Below are positions 51,649 to 62,365 of a stretch of DNA of 64,000 nucleotides, piece after piece; position 1 is the stretch's first letter; each line of letters begins with the position of its first letter. The notes under the pieces were generated by a model, which saw only the letters and a list, made by a program, of their open reading frames with translations, searched no databases and was not told where the DNA came from. The translations under genes were made by a program, and so were the position numbers. The stretch spans positions 3,726-67,725 of the forward strand of contig URAI01000004.1 in assembly GCA_900545725.1 (NCBI GenBank), given 5' to 3'. The stretch is from an uncultured Eubacterium sp. (lineage in GTDB: Bacteria > Bacillota > Clostridia > Lachnospirales > Lachnospiraceae).

Positions 51649-51708
51649 ACGCAGAAACAAGCTGCAATCCATTATTATATGTATTTTTTATGAAAGGGAT
51701 ACAAAAGA

Positions 51709-52689
51709 ATGAATATTTTGTTGAATGTAGTATTATTACTTGTTGGATTTGTCGCTCTTATTAAGGGTGCAGATTTTTTTGTTGAAGGAAGTGCAGCGGT
51801 TGCGAAAAAACTGCATGTACCGGGAGTCATAATAGGCCTTACAATTGTGGCTATGGGTACGAGTGCCCCTGAACTTGCTGTAAGTATATCAGCAGGGCTT
51901 ACAGGCTCTAATGAAATAGCAATAAGCAATGTAATCGGCTCTAATATATTTAATCTTATCGTAGTACTTGGGGTATGTGCGGTAATGGCACCTGTGGCTG
52001 TTGATAAGTCAATTATGAAAAGAGATTTTCCATTTTCAATTGCTATTACTCTTCTTTTAGCCGTATTTATATCAGACATGATATTAACAGGAAAGAGTGT
52101 TATTACAGATACACAGGCAATAGCAGGTGGTATATCAAGATGGGAAGCACTTATATTTATAATATTATTTGCCGGATATATTCTTATTACTGTAAGAAGT
52201 GCAATTAAAAACAGACAGACACAGCAGGAAGAGATTGAAGATATGTCAGGTATAAAGTGCGCTGTATATATACTTGGCGGTATAGCAGCCGTTGTAATCG
52301 GTGGACAGCTTGTTGTAAACAGTTCAAGGGAAATAGCACTGTTTTGCGGTATGAGTGAAACTCTTGTAGGTCTTACAATAGTAGCAATAGGAACATCACT
52401 TCCAGAGCTTGTAACATCAATTGTGGCATCATCAAAGGGACAAAATGGAATGGCTGTCGGAAATGTAGTAGGCTCTAATATTTTCAACATATTACTTATA
52501 CTTGGTGTATCAAGCTTTATACATCCTATTTCTGCTGGAATGTTTTCATTAATAGATATATGTATATTACTTGTAATGAATGTATGTGTATTTATCTTTG
52601 CGACAACAGGCAAAAAAATTAACAGATATGAGGGGGCAGCAATGGTGCTTATGTATGTGGCATATACAGCATATGCGATAATAAGATAA
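51709..52689 (+). CDS. Calcium/sodium antiporter (YrbG/CaCA family)
   Basis: Two alpha repeats GTSAPEL/GTSLPEL and GSNIFN. Confidence 0.92.
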   Translation: MNILLNVVLLLVGFVALIKGADFFVEGSAAVAKKLHVPGVIIGLTIVAMGTSAPELAVSISAGLTGSNEIAISNVIGSNIFNLIVVLGVCAVMAPVAVDKSIMKRDFPFSIAITLLLAVFISDMILTGKSVITDTQAIAGGISRWEALIFIILFAGYILITVRSAIKNRQTQQEEIEDMSGIKCAVYILGGIAAVVIGGQLVVNSSREIALFCGMSETLVGLTIVAIGTSLPELVTSIVASSKGQNGMAVGNVVGSNIFNILLILGVSSFIHPISAGMFSLIDICILLVMNVCVFIFATTGKKINRYEGAAMVLMYVAYTAYAIIR

Positions 52690-52817
52690 TAACAGAGGTT
52701 TTTAGTTTTATTAAATCATATGGTAAAAATGCACATTGAGGCATATTTGTAGAAAAGAAAAATATAAAAAATATACAATGATATTGACAAATACAAGAAC
52801 AAGTGCTATTTTATAGA

Positions 52818-53232
52818 TAAAGTAAAGCTGGTTAAGATTTACTTCATTACTTTTTGTGTTTTCGTATTTTTATAGATTATAATAATTAGAATAGTATTTT
52901 AATTTTGATTAATGCTAATGTTAGTGTAACGGTGAGATTATTATATCTGTATAGATAAGGAATTGTTTTTGATGACTGTTTTCTATACATTAATGGGTAA
53001 TGTGTGAGATTGTCATCGCATTTAGTAAGGAGATGACGTATCAACTAGTGAGTTTTAGAAAGTATTTAATTTTACAAACTTAATATTTCAATATATATTT
53101 ATGATTATTTATAATTATTATTGAGGCGTTGTTAATAATAAGTATGGATGGTGATTAATATTTATTGCAAGAACACATAACCCGGAATTAAAGGATTTTA
53201 TAATATCTTTTATTTTCGGGTTTTTACTTTTT
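52818..53232 (+). ncRNA. Candidate ~410-nt non-coding transcript
   Basis: TTGACA-N17-TATTTT with extended TG (52784-52812); terminator aacccggaa...tttcgggttttt (53179-53226); no long ORF. Confidence 0.4.
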
Positions 53233-53317
53233 ATGACTCAGATTTTTAATGATAATAATATGTGTGAGGGTACTATATTAGTGTTGTAATATTAATATAT
53301 GAAAGGCGGAGATTTCA

Positions 53318-54952
53318 ATGATTATTCTACATGGTAAAAGTGTATATAATGACATATGTATCGGAAAGATTTCCTTTTTTAAAAGAAATGAAAGCATCAT
53401 AAAGAGAATAAAGGTACAGGATAGTGATACTGAGATTGAAAGATTTCATAATGCTAAGAAGCTGGCGGTGGAACAGTTGTCACAGCTGCATAAGAAGATG
53501 ATTAAGTCAGTAGGGGAGGCAGATGCTGCCATATTTGAGATACATCAGATGATGTTAGAAGATCTGGATTATTGTGATTCAATAGAAAATATTATAAAGT
53601 CTCAAAAGGTTAATGCAGAATATGCGATAGGTGTTACAGCGGATAATTTCTCTGATATGTTTCTTGCCATGGATGACGAGTATATGAGGGGCAGGGCTGC
53701 TGATGTCAGGGATGTATCAGAACGGCTTATAAATGTATTAAATGGAGTGGATAATAATATAATTGATGATAGTAATCAAAAGTATATTATTGCGGCAGAT
53801 GACCTTGCACCGTCGGAGACGGTTCAGTTAGATAAATCAAGGGTATTGGGCTTTATTCTTAAGAATGGTTCGGCAAGTTCGCATACAGCCATACTTGCAA
53901 GGAGTATGGGAATACCTGCAATAATTGGAATAGGAGAACAGTTATTAGAAGAGTATGATAAGGCTGATTGTATTGTGGATGGATTTACGGGAACGATATA
54001 TATTGAACCGGATAAAGACACTCTGAAGATAATGAAGGAAAAGCAGCTTGAAGCTGACAGGCAGAAACGGCTCCTTTTAGAATTAAAGGGGAAGGATAAT
54101 GTTACAATAGATGGAACGAAGATTAATATTTATGCTAATATAGGAAGTCCGGCAGATGTTGCAAAGGTTCTTTATAATGATGCCGGTGGAATAGGACTTT
54201 TCAGGAGTGAATTTCTTTATCTTGAAAATGATGATTTTCCGACAGAGGAACAGCAGTTTGCTGCATATAAACAGGTTGCAGAGAATATGGCAGGAAAAAA
54301 GGTAATAATAAGAACCATGGATATAGGTGCTGATAAACAGGCTGATTATTTTAATCTTAAGCATGAAGATAATCCGGCATTAGGTTACAGGGCGATAAGA
54401 ATCTGTCTTACACAGACTGATATTTTTAAAACACAGCTAAGGGCTTTATACAGGGCAGCTATGTTTGGCAATATTTCCATAATGTATCCTATGATTACAT
54501 CTGTAGAGGAAGTAATAAAGATTAAAGAGATTGTATCAGAGGTTAAAGAAGAACTTACGGCACAGGGCATTCCATTTAAAGACGATGTTGAGACAGGAAT
54601 AATGATTGAAACACCGGCTGCGGCCCTTATAAGTGACGATCTTGCAAAGGAGGTTGATTTCTTTAGCGTGGGAACAAATGACCTGACACAGTATACACTT
54701 GCAATAGACCGTCAGAACAGAATGTTAGAGCCGTTTTGCAATACTCATCATAAGGCAGTATTAAAGCTTATCCGGATGGCGGCAGACAATGCCCATAAAG
54801 AAGGTAAATGGATTGGAATATGCGGAGAGCTTGGAGCTGATATAACACTTACTGAGGAATTTTTAAAGATGGGAATTGATGAGCTTAGTGTTTCTGCTAA
54901 TATGGTATTAAAGGTAAGAGACAAGGTACGAAGCATTAATTTAAAGGGATAA
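53318..54952 (+). CDS. ptsI: PEP-protein phosphotransferase (PTS enzyme I)
   Basis: SHTAILARSMGIPA, GIGLFRSEFLY, RTMDIGADK, NPALGYRAIR, SVGTNDLTQY, GICGELG. Confidence 0.97.
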   Translation: MIILHGKSVYNDICIGKISFFKRNESIIKRIKVQDSDTEIERFHNAKKLAVEQLSQLHKKMIKSVGEADAAIFEIHQMMLEDLDYCDSIENIIKSQKVNAEYAIGVTADNFSDMFLAMDDEYMRGRAADVRDVSERLINVLNGVDNNIIDDSNQKYIIAADDLAPSETVQLDKSRVLGFILKNGSASSHTAILARSMGIPAIIGIGEQLLEEYDKADCIVDGFTGTIYIEPDKDTLKIMKEKQLEADRQKRLLLELKGKDNVTIDGTKINIYANIGSPADVAKVLYNDAGGIGLFRSEFLYLENDDFPTEEQQFAAYKQVAENMAGKKVIIRTMDIGADKQADYFNLKHEDNPALGYRAIRICLTQTDIFKTQLRALYRAAMFGNISIMYPMITSVEEVIKIKEIVSEVKEELTAQGIPFKDDVETGIMIETPAAALISDDLAKEVDFFSVGTNDLTQYTLAIDRQNRMLEPFCNTHHKAVLKLIRMAADNAHKEGKWIGICGELGADITLTEEFLKMGIDELSVSANMVLKVRDKVRSINLKG

Positions 54953-55078
54953 TATAATGAATAAGCCAGGGACATTGTAAGGCAGCTTTTATTTTATGAA
55001 TGTATCATAAAAATCTAATATGTTTCAAAGATTTCTTATATTTTAATTAAAATACTTAAATAATATAATTAAATTATC

Positions 55079-55144
55079 AAAGGGATACCGCTTAGGCGGA
55101 AAAGAAATAAGATTTTAGGAGAGTGTCAGGAAGTGACACTCTCC
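55079..55144 (+). promoter_or_regulatory. Structured leader of the sugar ABC operon (possibly malK-type RNA motif)
   Basis: aagggata-ccgc-ttag-gcgg hairpin, then ggagagtgtc/gacactctcc hairpin just before the RBS. Confidence 0.45.
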
Positions 55145-55159
55145 GGAATGGAGGTTTTT

Positions 55160-56422
55160 ATGAGGTTTAAAAAATTGGCAGCTTCAGTAATGATGGCGGC
55201 AATGACAGCAGCAGCACTGTCAGGCTGTGGTTCGGGAAAGGATAGTGCAGCTACAGGAACGCAGGCTTCAACAGAAAAAATATCTACTAAGCTTACTGTA
55301 TGGGGAAATGCAGAAGATCAGGCAGAGGAGAATGGTAAATGGTTACAGACCATGTGTGAACAGTTTAACAGTGAGCATCCTGAATGGGATATAACATTTG
55401 AATACGGAGTATGTTCAGAACAGGATGCAGGTAAGACGATTCCACAGGATCCAAGTAATTCAGGAGATGTATATTTCTTTGCAAATGATCAGTTACAGAC
55501 ACTTATAGATGCTAATGCGATAGCTAAACTGGGTGGTGAAACTGCTGATTATGTAAAGAATACTAATTCATCCAGCATTGTTAATTCTGTAACAGTTGAT
55601 GGAAATATATATGGTATTCCATTTACAACTAATACATGGTTTATGTACTATGATAAGAGTAAATTTACACAGGATGATATAAAGAGTCTTGATAAAATGC
55701 TTGAAAAGGACAAGGTGGCATTTAATATTACAGAGGGCTGGTATATGTCATCATTCTTCCTTGCTAACGGATGTACATATTTTGGAAGCAACGGAACAGA
55801 TGCAAAGGCAGGTATTGATTTATCAGGAGATAAGGGGGCAGATGCAACTAAAGCTTTAGTATCTCTTGTTAATAATCCTAATTTTGTAAATGATGCACAG
55901 GGCGTTGGTATTGCAGGTTTAAGAGATGGTTCAGTAGGAGCTTTCTTTTCAGGCTCATGGGATTATAAGAGTGTTAAGGAAATCTTAGGTGATAATTTTG
56001 GTGCAGTTTCACTTCCAACAGTAAAGATTGGCGGAACAGATAAACAGCTTAAGGCATTTGCCGGCTCTAAGGCTATAGCAGTTAATCCAAACTGTAAATA
56101 CCAGCAGATAGCTGTAGCACTTGCAAAATATCTTGGTGGCAAGGAAGCACAGCAGAAGCACTATGATTTAAGAAATGTTATACCATGTAACACAGAACTT
56201 TTAAAGACTGATAAGATTAAGAATGACGTTTTAATAAAAGCACAGAATGATACAATTGATAAAACATCAATTATACAGCCTACATTAACACAGATGAATG
56301 ATTACTGGGCACCAGCACAAAACTTTGCAAAATCTATTGTAAACGGTGAGATTACATCTGATAATGCAGCTACAAAGACAGATGAGTTTTATAAGCTTAT
56401 TAATTCATCAGTAGTTAAATAA
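55160..56422 (+). CDS. Sugar ABC transporter substrate-binding lipoprotein (MalE/GanS-like)
   Basis: Lipobox LSGC; DVYFFANDQL, YGIPFTTN, SGSWD. Confidence 0.88.
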   Translation: MRFKKLAASVMMAAMTAAALSGCGSGKDSAATGTQASTEKISTKLTVWGNAEDQAEENGKWLQTMCEQFNSEHPEWDITFEYGVCSEQDAGKTIPQDPSNSGDVYFFANDQLQTLIDANAIAKLGGETADYVKNTNSSSIVNSVTVDGNIYGIPFTTNTWFMYYDKSKFTQDDIKSLDKMLEKDKVAFNITEGWYMSSFFLANGCTYFGSNGTDAKAGIDLSGDKGADATKALVSLVNNPNFVNDAQGVGIAGLRDGSVGAFFSGSWDYKSVKEILGDNFGAVSLPTVKIGGTDKQLKAFAGSKAIAVNPNCKYQQIAVALAKYLGGKEAQQKHYDLRNVIPCNTELLKTDKIKNDVLIKAQNDTIDKTSIIQPTLTQMNDYWAPAQNFAKSIVNGEITSDNAATKTDEFYKLINSSVVK

Positions 56423-56615
56423 TTAGCAACACCGAAACCGATACATCCCTCCGGTCAGGTAATGCCTGATAACGGCAGCGGATGTATCGTTATTATTTGC
56501 CGGAGTGTTGACACCAATAATGTCTGTATAGGTTTCTTATAATGTCTTATAAGAATGTAAATATAAGAATAAATATAAGAACGGAATACAGCTTTAAAGA
56601 AGGGGAGTGTGTTAT

Positions 56616-58037
56616 ATGGCTGACTCTAAAAAAGATAATCTTATAAAAGATGAGCAAAAAAAAGATAAATTCAAAAGTAAAAATAAAACAAAATATCAAA
56701 ATAAATATACAGTATGTAATGCATTAAAACATGGAAATATATTTACAAGATTAAGCTGTATTATAATGGGGCTTGGAAATATAACATGTGGACAGATTGT
56801 AAAAGGTATTATATACATGCTGTCAGAAGCCGGCTTTATATGGTTTATGGTATCAAAAGGATTACAGAGTCTTAGCATGCTTCCCGGTCTTGGTGAAAAT
56901 GAACAGGGGGAGATATGGAATGAGACACTTGGTGTATATGAATATGTAAGCGGTGATAATTCACTTCTTATTTTGTTATATGGAGTGGCAACATGCTTTG
57001 TATGTGCAGCATTTATTATGTTATGGAGAAGTAATATAAAGAGTGCATACGAACAACAGATAAAAAAAGAGAGCGGAAAGCATATAAAAACATTTACGGA
57101 GGATATTAAGAGTCTTTTTGATGATAATCTTCATAAATTACTACTTACTCTTCCTGTAACAGGAGTACTTGCATTTACAATTCTTCCGCTTGTATTTATG
57201 ATATCAATGGCATTTACTAATTATAGTAAGGTTGACAGCCATTTAATCCTGTTTGACTGGGTTGGTCTTGAAAACTTCAAACAGATGTTTGATATAAGCG
57301 GAACACTTGGCAAGACTTTCTGGTCAGTACTTGGATGGACAATAATATGGGCAATATTTGCCACAGCATTAAATTATATACTGGGCATGCTTCTTGCAAT
57401 GCTTATTAACAGAAAGGGAACTAAGATAAAAGGTTTTTGGAGATTTGTATTTATTCTTTCAATTGCAGTTCCACAGTTTGTATCACTTCTTGTATTAAGA
57501 AGTATGCTTACACAGGATGGTATTGTAAATGTAATGCTAAGAAATGCAGGAATAATTGACAAGGCACTTCCATTCTTTACTAATGCAACCTGGGCAAGAG
57601 TTACGGTAATTGTTGTCAATCTTTGGATTGGTATTCCTTATACAATGATGCAGGTTACCGGTATATTACAAAATATCCCAATGGAATTATATGAGGCGGC
57701 TGATGTGGATGGAGCTAATGGTTTTGTAAAGTTTTTTAAGATTACACTTCCATATATGTTATTTGTAACAGCACCTTATCTTATTACTACATTTACAGCC
57801 AATATTAATAATTTTAATATTATATATCTTCTCACAAAAGGAGATCCGGTACCGTCAGGAAGTACAGCCGGTAAGACAGACCTTTTAGTAACATGGCTTT
57901 ATAAGCTTACGGTTGATTACCAGTATTATAATCTTGGAGCTGTAATCGGTATTATGACATTTATCCTGTTAGCAATTGGTTCACTGCTTGTATACAGAAG
58001 AACTAAAGCATATAAAGACGAGGAGGGATTTCAATGA
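56616..58037 (+). CDS. Sugar ABC transporter permease (MalF/GanP-like)
   Basis: FTNY, WVGLENF, EAA loop LYEAADVDGA, TDLLVTWLYK. Confidence 0.9.
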   Translation: MADSKKDNLIKDEQKKDKFKSKNKTKYQNKYTVCNALKHGNIFTRLSCIIMGLGNITCGQIVKGIIYMLSEAGFIWFMVSKGLQSLSMLPGLGENEQGEIWNETLGVYEYVSGDNSLLILLYGVATCFVCAAFIMLWRSNIKSAYEQQIKKESGKHIKTFTEDIKSLFDDNLHKLLLTLPVTGVLAFTILPLVFMISMAFTNYSKVDSHLILFDWVGLENFKQMFDISGTLGKTFWSVLGWTIIWAIFATALNYILGMLLAMLINRKGTKIKGFWRFVFILSIAVPQFVSLLVLRSMLTQDGIVNVMLRNAGIIDKALPFFTNATWARVTVIVVNLWIGIPYTMMQVTGILQNIPMELYEAADVDGANGFVKFFKITLPYMLFVTAPYLITTFTANINNFNIIYLLTKGDPVPSGSTAGKTDLLVTWLYKLTVDYQYYNLGAVIGIMTFILLAIGSLLVYRRTKAYKDEEGFQ

Positions 58038-58882
58038 AAAGAAAAAAGAAGGTCAGAAATATATTTGCACATTTGTTTTTAACAGTGCTTGCTATTGTCT
58101 GGGTAAGTCCATTATTCTGGATAATAATTACAAGCTTTCGTGCACAGAAGGGAGCATATACAAGCTCATTCTTTCCTGAAAAATATACATTTGATAACTA
58201 TATAAAGCTTTTTACTGATACAAATATATTGAATTTCCCTAAGATGTTTACCAATACACTTATTATTGCAATATTTTCCTGTATTATATCAACATTTTTC
58301 GTATTATCAGTTGCATATTGTATGTCACGATTAAAATTTAAGTTAAGAAAGCCTATGATGAATATAGCCATGATACTCGGTCTTTTCCCTGCATTTATGG
58401 CAATGGTGGCAGTGTATTATATACTTAAGGCAATAGGTTTATCAGAAGGGGCAATGATTCGTGTAGCACTTGTGCTGGTATATTCAGGCTCGGCAGGAAT
58501 ACAGTTTTACATAGCGAAGGGATTTTTTGATACAATTCCAAAAGGCATTGATGAGGCAGCAAGAATAGATGGGGCAAACAGATGGCAGGTGTTTACTAAG
58601 ATAACAATACCTCTTAGCAAGCCAATTATAGTATATACTGTACTTACTTCATTTATAGCTCCATGGGTTGATTTTATATTTGCAAGAGTAATTTGCAGGG
58701 CAAATGCAGATTATTATACAGTAGCAATCGGTCTTTGGCAGATGCTTGAAAAAGAATATGTAGATAACTGGTATACGTGCTTTGCAGCTGGAGCTGTATG
58801 TATCTCTCTTCCTATTGCAATACTTTTCATTGTTATGCAGAAATGTTATAATGAAAGTATGAGCGGCGCAGTAAAGGGTTAA
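58034..58882 (+). CDS. Sugar ABC transporter permease (MalG/GanQ-like)
   Basis: KGFFDTIPKGIDEAARIDGA; ends GAVKG; ATGA overlap with the upstream gene. Confidence 0.9.
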   Translation: MKRKKKVRNIFAHLFLTVLAIVWVSPLFWIIITSFRAQKGAYTSSFFPEKYTFDNYIKLFTDTNILNFPKMFTNTLIIAIFSCIISTFFVLSVAYCMSRLKFKLRKPMMNIAMILGLFPAFMAMVAVYYILKAIGLSEGAMIRVALVLVYSGSAGIQFYIAKGFFDTIPKGIDEAARIDGANRWQVFTKITIPLSKPIIVYTVLTSFIAPWVDFIFARVICRANADYYTVAIGLWQMLEKEYVDNWYTCFAAGAVCISLPIAILFIVMQKCYNESMSGAVKG

Positions 58883-58909
58883 TGTGACAGATATAGATAA
58901 GAGGTAGTT

Positions 58910-60697
58910 ATGGTTAAAAAGTGTATTTCAGTAATTATAATGACAGTTATGATATTATCTATGACAGCCGGGTGTAACAGCTCGGTTGCTTTTGATATAT
59001 CCGGGAATAATACAGCTATAGATATAAATGGCAGTGCATATAAGGAGGCAGAAAATAACGCTTCCAATACTCCGTTTGGAGCATATCCTGATACTGTATA
59101 TTATACGCTTGGAAAGATGACAAGTGATAATAATTCCAATATGCCAAAAGGAGATACATATGAGGATAATGTGTATACAAGATACATAAAAGATACAATT
59201 AATGTCCAGAATATAGATGCATTTGAAGCAGAAGACGGACAATACGATACAAAGGTTTCAATGGCTGTTGCAATGAAGGATATTCCCGATATTATGGTTG
59301 TCAGTAATCCTGATACACTATCACTTCTTATTGAGAATGATATGATTGAGGATCTTAGTGAAAGTTATCAAAAATGTCTCAGTCCAAAGATAAAATCCAT
59401 GTATGAAAGTTACGGGGACGAGCTTTTAAGTCAGGTTACTTTTGATGGTAAGATTATGGCACTTCCTGAGACTAATATTACAGATGGACCTAATCTTTTA
59501 TGGTTAAGAAAAGACTGGATGGATAAGTTGGGATTAAAAAAACCTGAAAATATCAGTGATGCTGTTAATATTATCAAAGCATTTGTGGAAAATGGCATGG
59601 GAGATAATGAAAATGGTAATACCGTAGGGCTTGTATGTGATACGAGTATTGCAGGAGAATGTGGCTATAGCAGTGAATACCTTTTGGATATTATATTTGC
59701 TTCATTTGATGCATATCCTAAGCAGTGGTTAAAAGAAGATGATGGAAGTATCACATATGGTTCGGTAACAGATAATGCAAAGCAGGCATTAGCTTATATA
59801 CATGAATTATACGAAGAAAATGTAATTGATAATAATTTTCTTTTGAGAACTACCGCTAATATAATAGAGCTTATTGAAAATGGTCAGTGTGGTTCGTTTT
59901 TTGGACCGTGGTGGGCGCCGAATAATCCGCTTATCAAGGCTGTAGGTTATGATTCGGAGGCTGACTGGCAGCCTTATCTTTTACAGACAGACAGTCAGGG
60001 AAGAACCTCTTATCACAGCCAGAATCCATGTTATAAATATATTGTGGTCAGAAAGGGCTATGAACATCCGGAGCTTGCAGCTAAGATAGTTAGTGTTTTA
60101 TTTGATAAGATGCGTTATGAATGTAATACGTCAAAGGAATTAAAACAGTATTACCAGCTTAGCGTTGAGCCTACAGCAAGACCGTTATCAATTAATATAG
60201 ATTATAAGAATGCATTGAATATGTGTTATCAGGAACTTTGTGATGTAATAAATAATGAAAAACAGCCATCCTCACTTAATATTATGGAAAGCTCATATTA
60301 TGATGCCTGTATGTCTTACCTTTACAATTCAGGAGGTGTAAGCAAGAGTGTTAATGGTTCAGTTTCAGATAGGAATGTGGCAGGAAGGAAAGGCGCAACA
60401 TCTGACCAGTGGGCGGCATATATGTCAAGAATAAAGGCGTGTTCGGTATTAAGTTCGGCTAATATTAACGTGGTAAACTCTGTATTTTTTGGAAGTACAT
60501 ATACTATGAAAAGCCGGTGGTGGCGGCTTAAAGAGGAAGAAAAACAGGTATATATAAAAATAATATGTGGAGAAGGTTCAATTGATGAATTTGACCAATT
60601 TGTAAGTTACTGGTATCAGAATGGCGGAACACAGATAACAGATGAAGTTAGTGAAAAGGTAAGTGAACTTAAAAAATATAAAAAAAATATAAATTGA
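58910..60697 (+). CDS. Extracellular solute-binding lipoprotein (LplA-like)
   Basis: Lipobox TAGC; DIPDIM, LWLRKDWMDKLG, C-terminal FDQFV..W...GG..IT.EV. Confidence 0.8.
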   Translation: MVKKCISVIIMTVMILSMTAGCNSSVAFDISGNNTAIDINGSAYKEAENNASNTPFGAYPDTVYYTLGKMTSDNNSNMPKGDTYEDNVYTRYIKDTINVQNIDAFEAEDGQYDTKVSMAVAMKDIPDIMVVSNPDTLSLLIENDMIEDLSESYQKCLSPKIKSMYESYGDELLSQVTFDGKIMALPETNITDGPNLLWLRKDWMDKLGLKKPENISDAVNIIKAFVENGMGDNENGNTVGLVCDTSIAGECGYSSEYLLDIIFASFDAYPKQWLKEDDGSITYGSVTDNAKQALAYIHELYEENVIDNNFLLRTTANIIELIENGQCGSFFGPWWAPNNPLIKAVGYDSEADWQPYLLQTDSQGRTSYHSQNPCYKYIVVRKGYEHPELAAKIVSVLFDKMRYECNTSKELKQYYQLSVEPTARPLSINIDYKNALNMCYQELCDVINNEKQPSSLNIMESSYYDACMSYLYNSGGVSKSVNGSVSDRNVAGRKGATSDQWAAYMSRIKACSVLSSANINVVNSVFFGSTYTMKSRWWRLKEEEKQVYIKIICGEGSIDEFDQFVSYWYQNGGTQITDEVSEKVSELKKYKKNIN

Positions 60698-60974
60698 ACA
60701 TTATTTTATAAAATGAATGACCGGTATATAAAAAACTTATGACTGCTTATGTTTTTTACTATGCCGGTTTGTTTTATAATGACGAATGGTCACTTTATCT
60801 GATATTTACATACTTTACAGTATGCACAAAAAATATAATATAGAATTATTGTAGAATACTATATTTTAATAAGAAGAAACACGGTGTAAAAAATTGACAA
60901 AATAAACAGGTATATTTGTGAAAATTTAGTCAAAATAAAGAAAACGAGGTACTGAAAATAGATATCATAAAAGC

Positions 60975-61139
60975 TTGCAATTTAAAAAGCGTGGTGCGAT
61001 AATAGCTACAATATCAGTAGCAGTAAGTGCGCTTTATAATAAGAAGAGATATAAAGTGGCATTACATTTAGTTACATTGGTGTGTACTGTAACGATTATG
61101 TACAAGTGCCTGATATGATAAGTAATTGAAGGAAAGGAA
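60975..61139 (+). promoter_or_regulatory. atp operon promoter and structured 5' leader
   Basis: TTGCAA-N17-GATAAT (60975-61003); three helices foldable in 61011-61116. Confidence 0.45.
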
Positions 61140-61835
61140 GTGAGTATTACGGAAGAATTGGTAAACTCATTGCTGGAGGAGCTCAATTGCGAAACAGTTT
61201 TCACTATTCCGTTGTTCGGAGGCATAGAGATATCAGAAGCAGTAGTAGTAACATGGGTAATAATGGCAGTATTGGTTCTATTATCTGTATGTCTGGTCAG
61301 AAATCTGAAGGTTGAAAATCCTGGAAAAAAGCAGCTTTTACTTGAGACAGCAGTAAGCTTTTTGTATGATTTCTTTGAAGGTAACATGGGAGAAAAGGGA
61401 AAAAGATATGTCCCTTACCTTTCAACAGTAATTATATACATAGGAATTTCAAATATTATCGGATTATTTGGCTTTAAGCCGCCGACGAAAGCATTGAATG
61501 TCACAGCCGCATTGGCAATAATGAGTATTGTTCTTATTGAATACTCAGGTATTCATGCCAAGGGTGTGAAAGGATGGGTGAAAAGTTTTGCGGAGCCGGT
61601 AGCAATAGTGGCACCTATTAATGTTCTTGAATTGTTTATCAGACCTTTATCATTATGCATGCGACTTTTTGGTAATGTTTTAGGTGCTTTTGTAGTAATG
61701 GAGCTGATTAAATTGGTCGTACCTTTAGTAGTACCAATAGCATTCAGTTTTTACTTTGATATTTTTGATGGATTTATTCAGGCTTATGTATTTGTATTTT
61801 TAACATCACTATTTATAAAAGAAGCTATAGAATAG
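61140..61835 (+). CDS. atpB: F0 ATP synthase subunit a
   Basis: PPTKALN, RPLSLCMRLFGN, FIQAYVF. Confidence 0.95.
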   Translation: MSITEELVNSLLEELNCETVFTIPLFGGIEISEAVVVTWVIMAVLVLLSVCLVRNLKVENPGKKQLLLETAVSFLYDFFEGNMGEKGKRYVPYLSTVIIYIGISNIIGLFGFKPPTKALNVTAALAIMSIVLIEYSGIHAKGVKGWVKSFAEPVAIVAPINVLELFIRPLSLCMRLFGNVLGAFVVMELIKLVVPLVVPIAFSFYFDIFDGFIQAYVFVFLTSLFIKEAIE

Positions 61836-62110
61836 CAGCATGTTTTAAAATATGTTATAAAACATTTATTATGTATTAATATGCTTTAGAATAACGGGAT
61901 ATAAGATAACAGGTTATTTTATAGCTTATATATTAATGTTTTTGATGTTAATTATATGTATTTTACAAAAGAAAATGCGCTGGTATATAACAGCTTATAA
62001 GACAATCATATAATCCGAAGGATTGTATTTTAATTTATTTATATTTATGATATTTAGATAATATCAAGATTTATATCAAAAAATATTTATGTGAAAAGGA
62101 GATTAAAATT

Positions 62111-62335
62111 ATGTCAACACTTATAGCTATCGGAGCAGGAATCGCAGTTATTACAGGTATTGGAGCAGGTATCGGTATCGGTGGAGCAACAGGTAAGGCA
62201 GTAGATGCAATCGCAAGACAGCCAGAGGCAGAATCTAAGATTAGTAAGGCACTTTTACTTGGTGCAGCCTTAGCAGAAGCAACAGCTATTTATGGTTTCG
62301 TTATCGCATTATTAATAATTCTTTTATTAAAATAA
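62111..62335 (+). CDS. atpE: F0 ATP synthase subunit c
   Basis: [23 protein letters not shown]. Confidence 0.97.
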   Translation: MSTLIAIGAGIAVITGIGAGIGIGGATGKAVDAIARQPEAESKISKALLLGAALAEATAIYGFVIALLIILLLK

Positions 62336-62365
62336 TTAGTGAATTAAGAAAGGCAGGCGTAAAAG

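Noticed and set aside
53033..53083. 16-codon ORF MTYQLVSFRKYLILQT after AAGGAG
   Set aside because: The SD directly abuts the ATG, leaving no spacing for initiation
62111..62335. Na+-coupled ATP synthase
   Set aside because: Subunit c has GIGIG and EAT rather than the Gln and ES(T) Na+-binding signature, so it is likely H+-coupled
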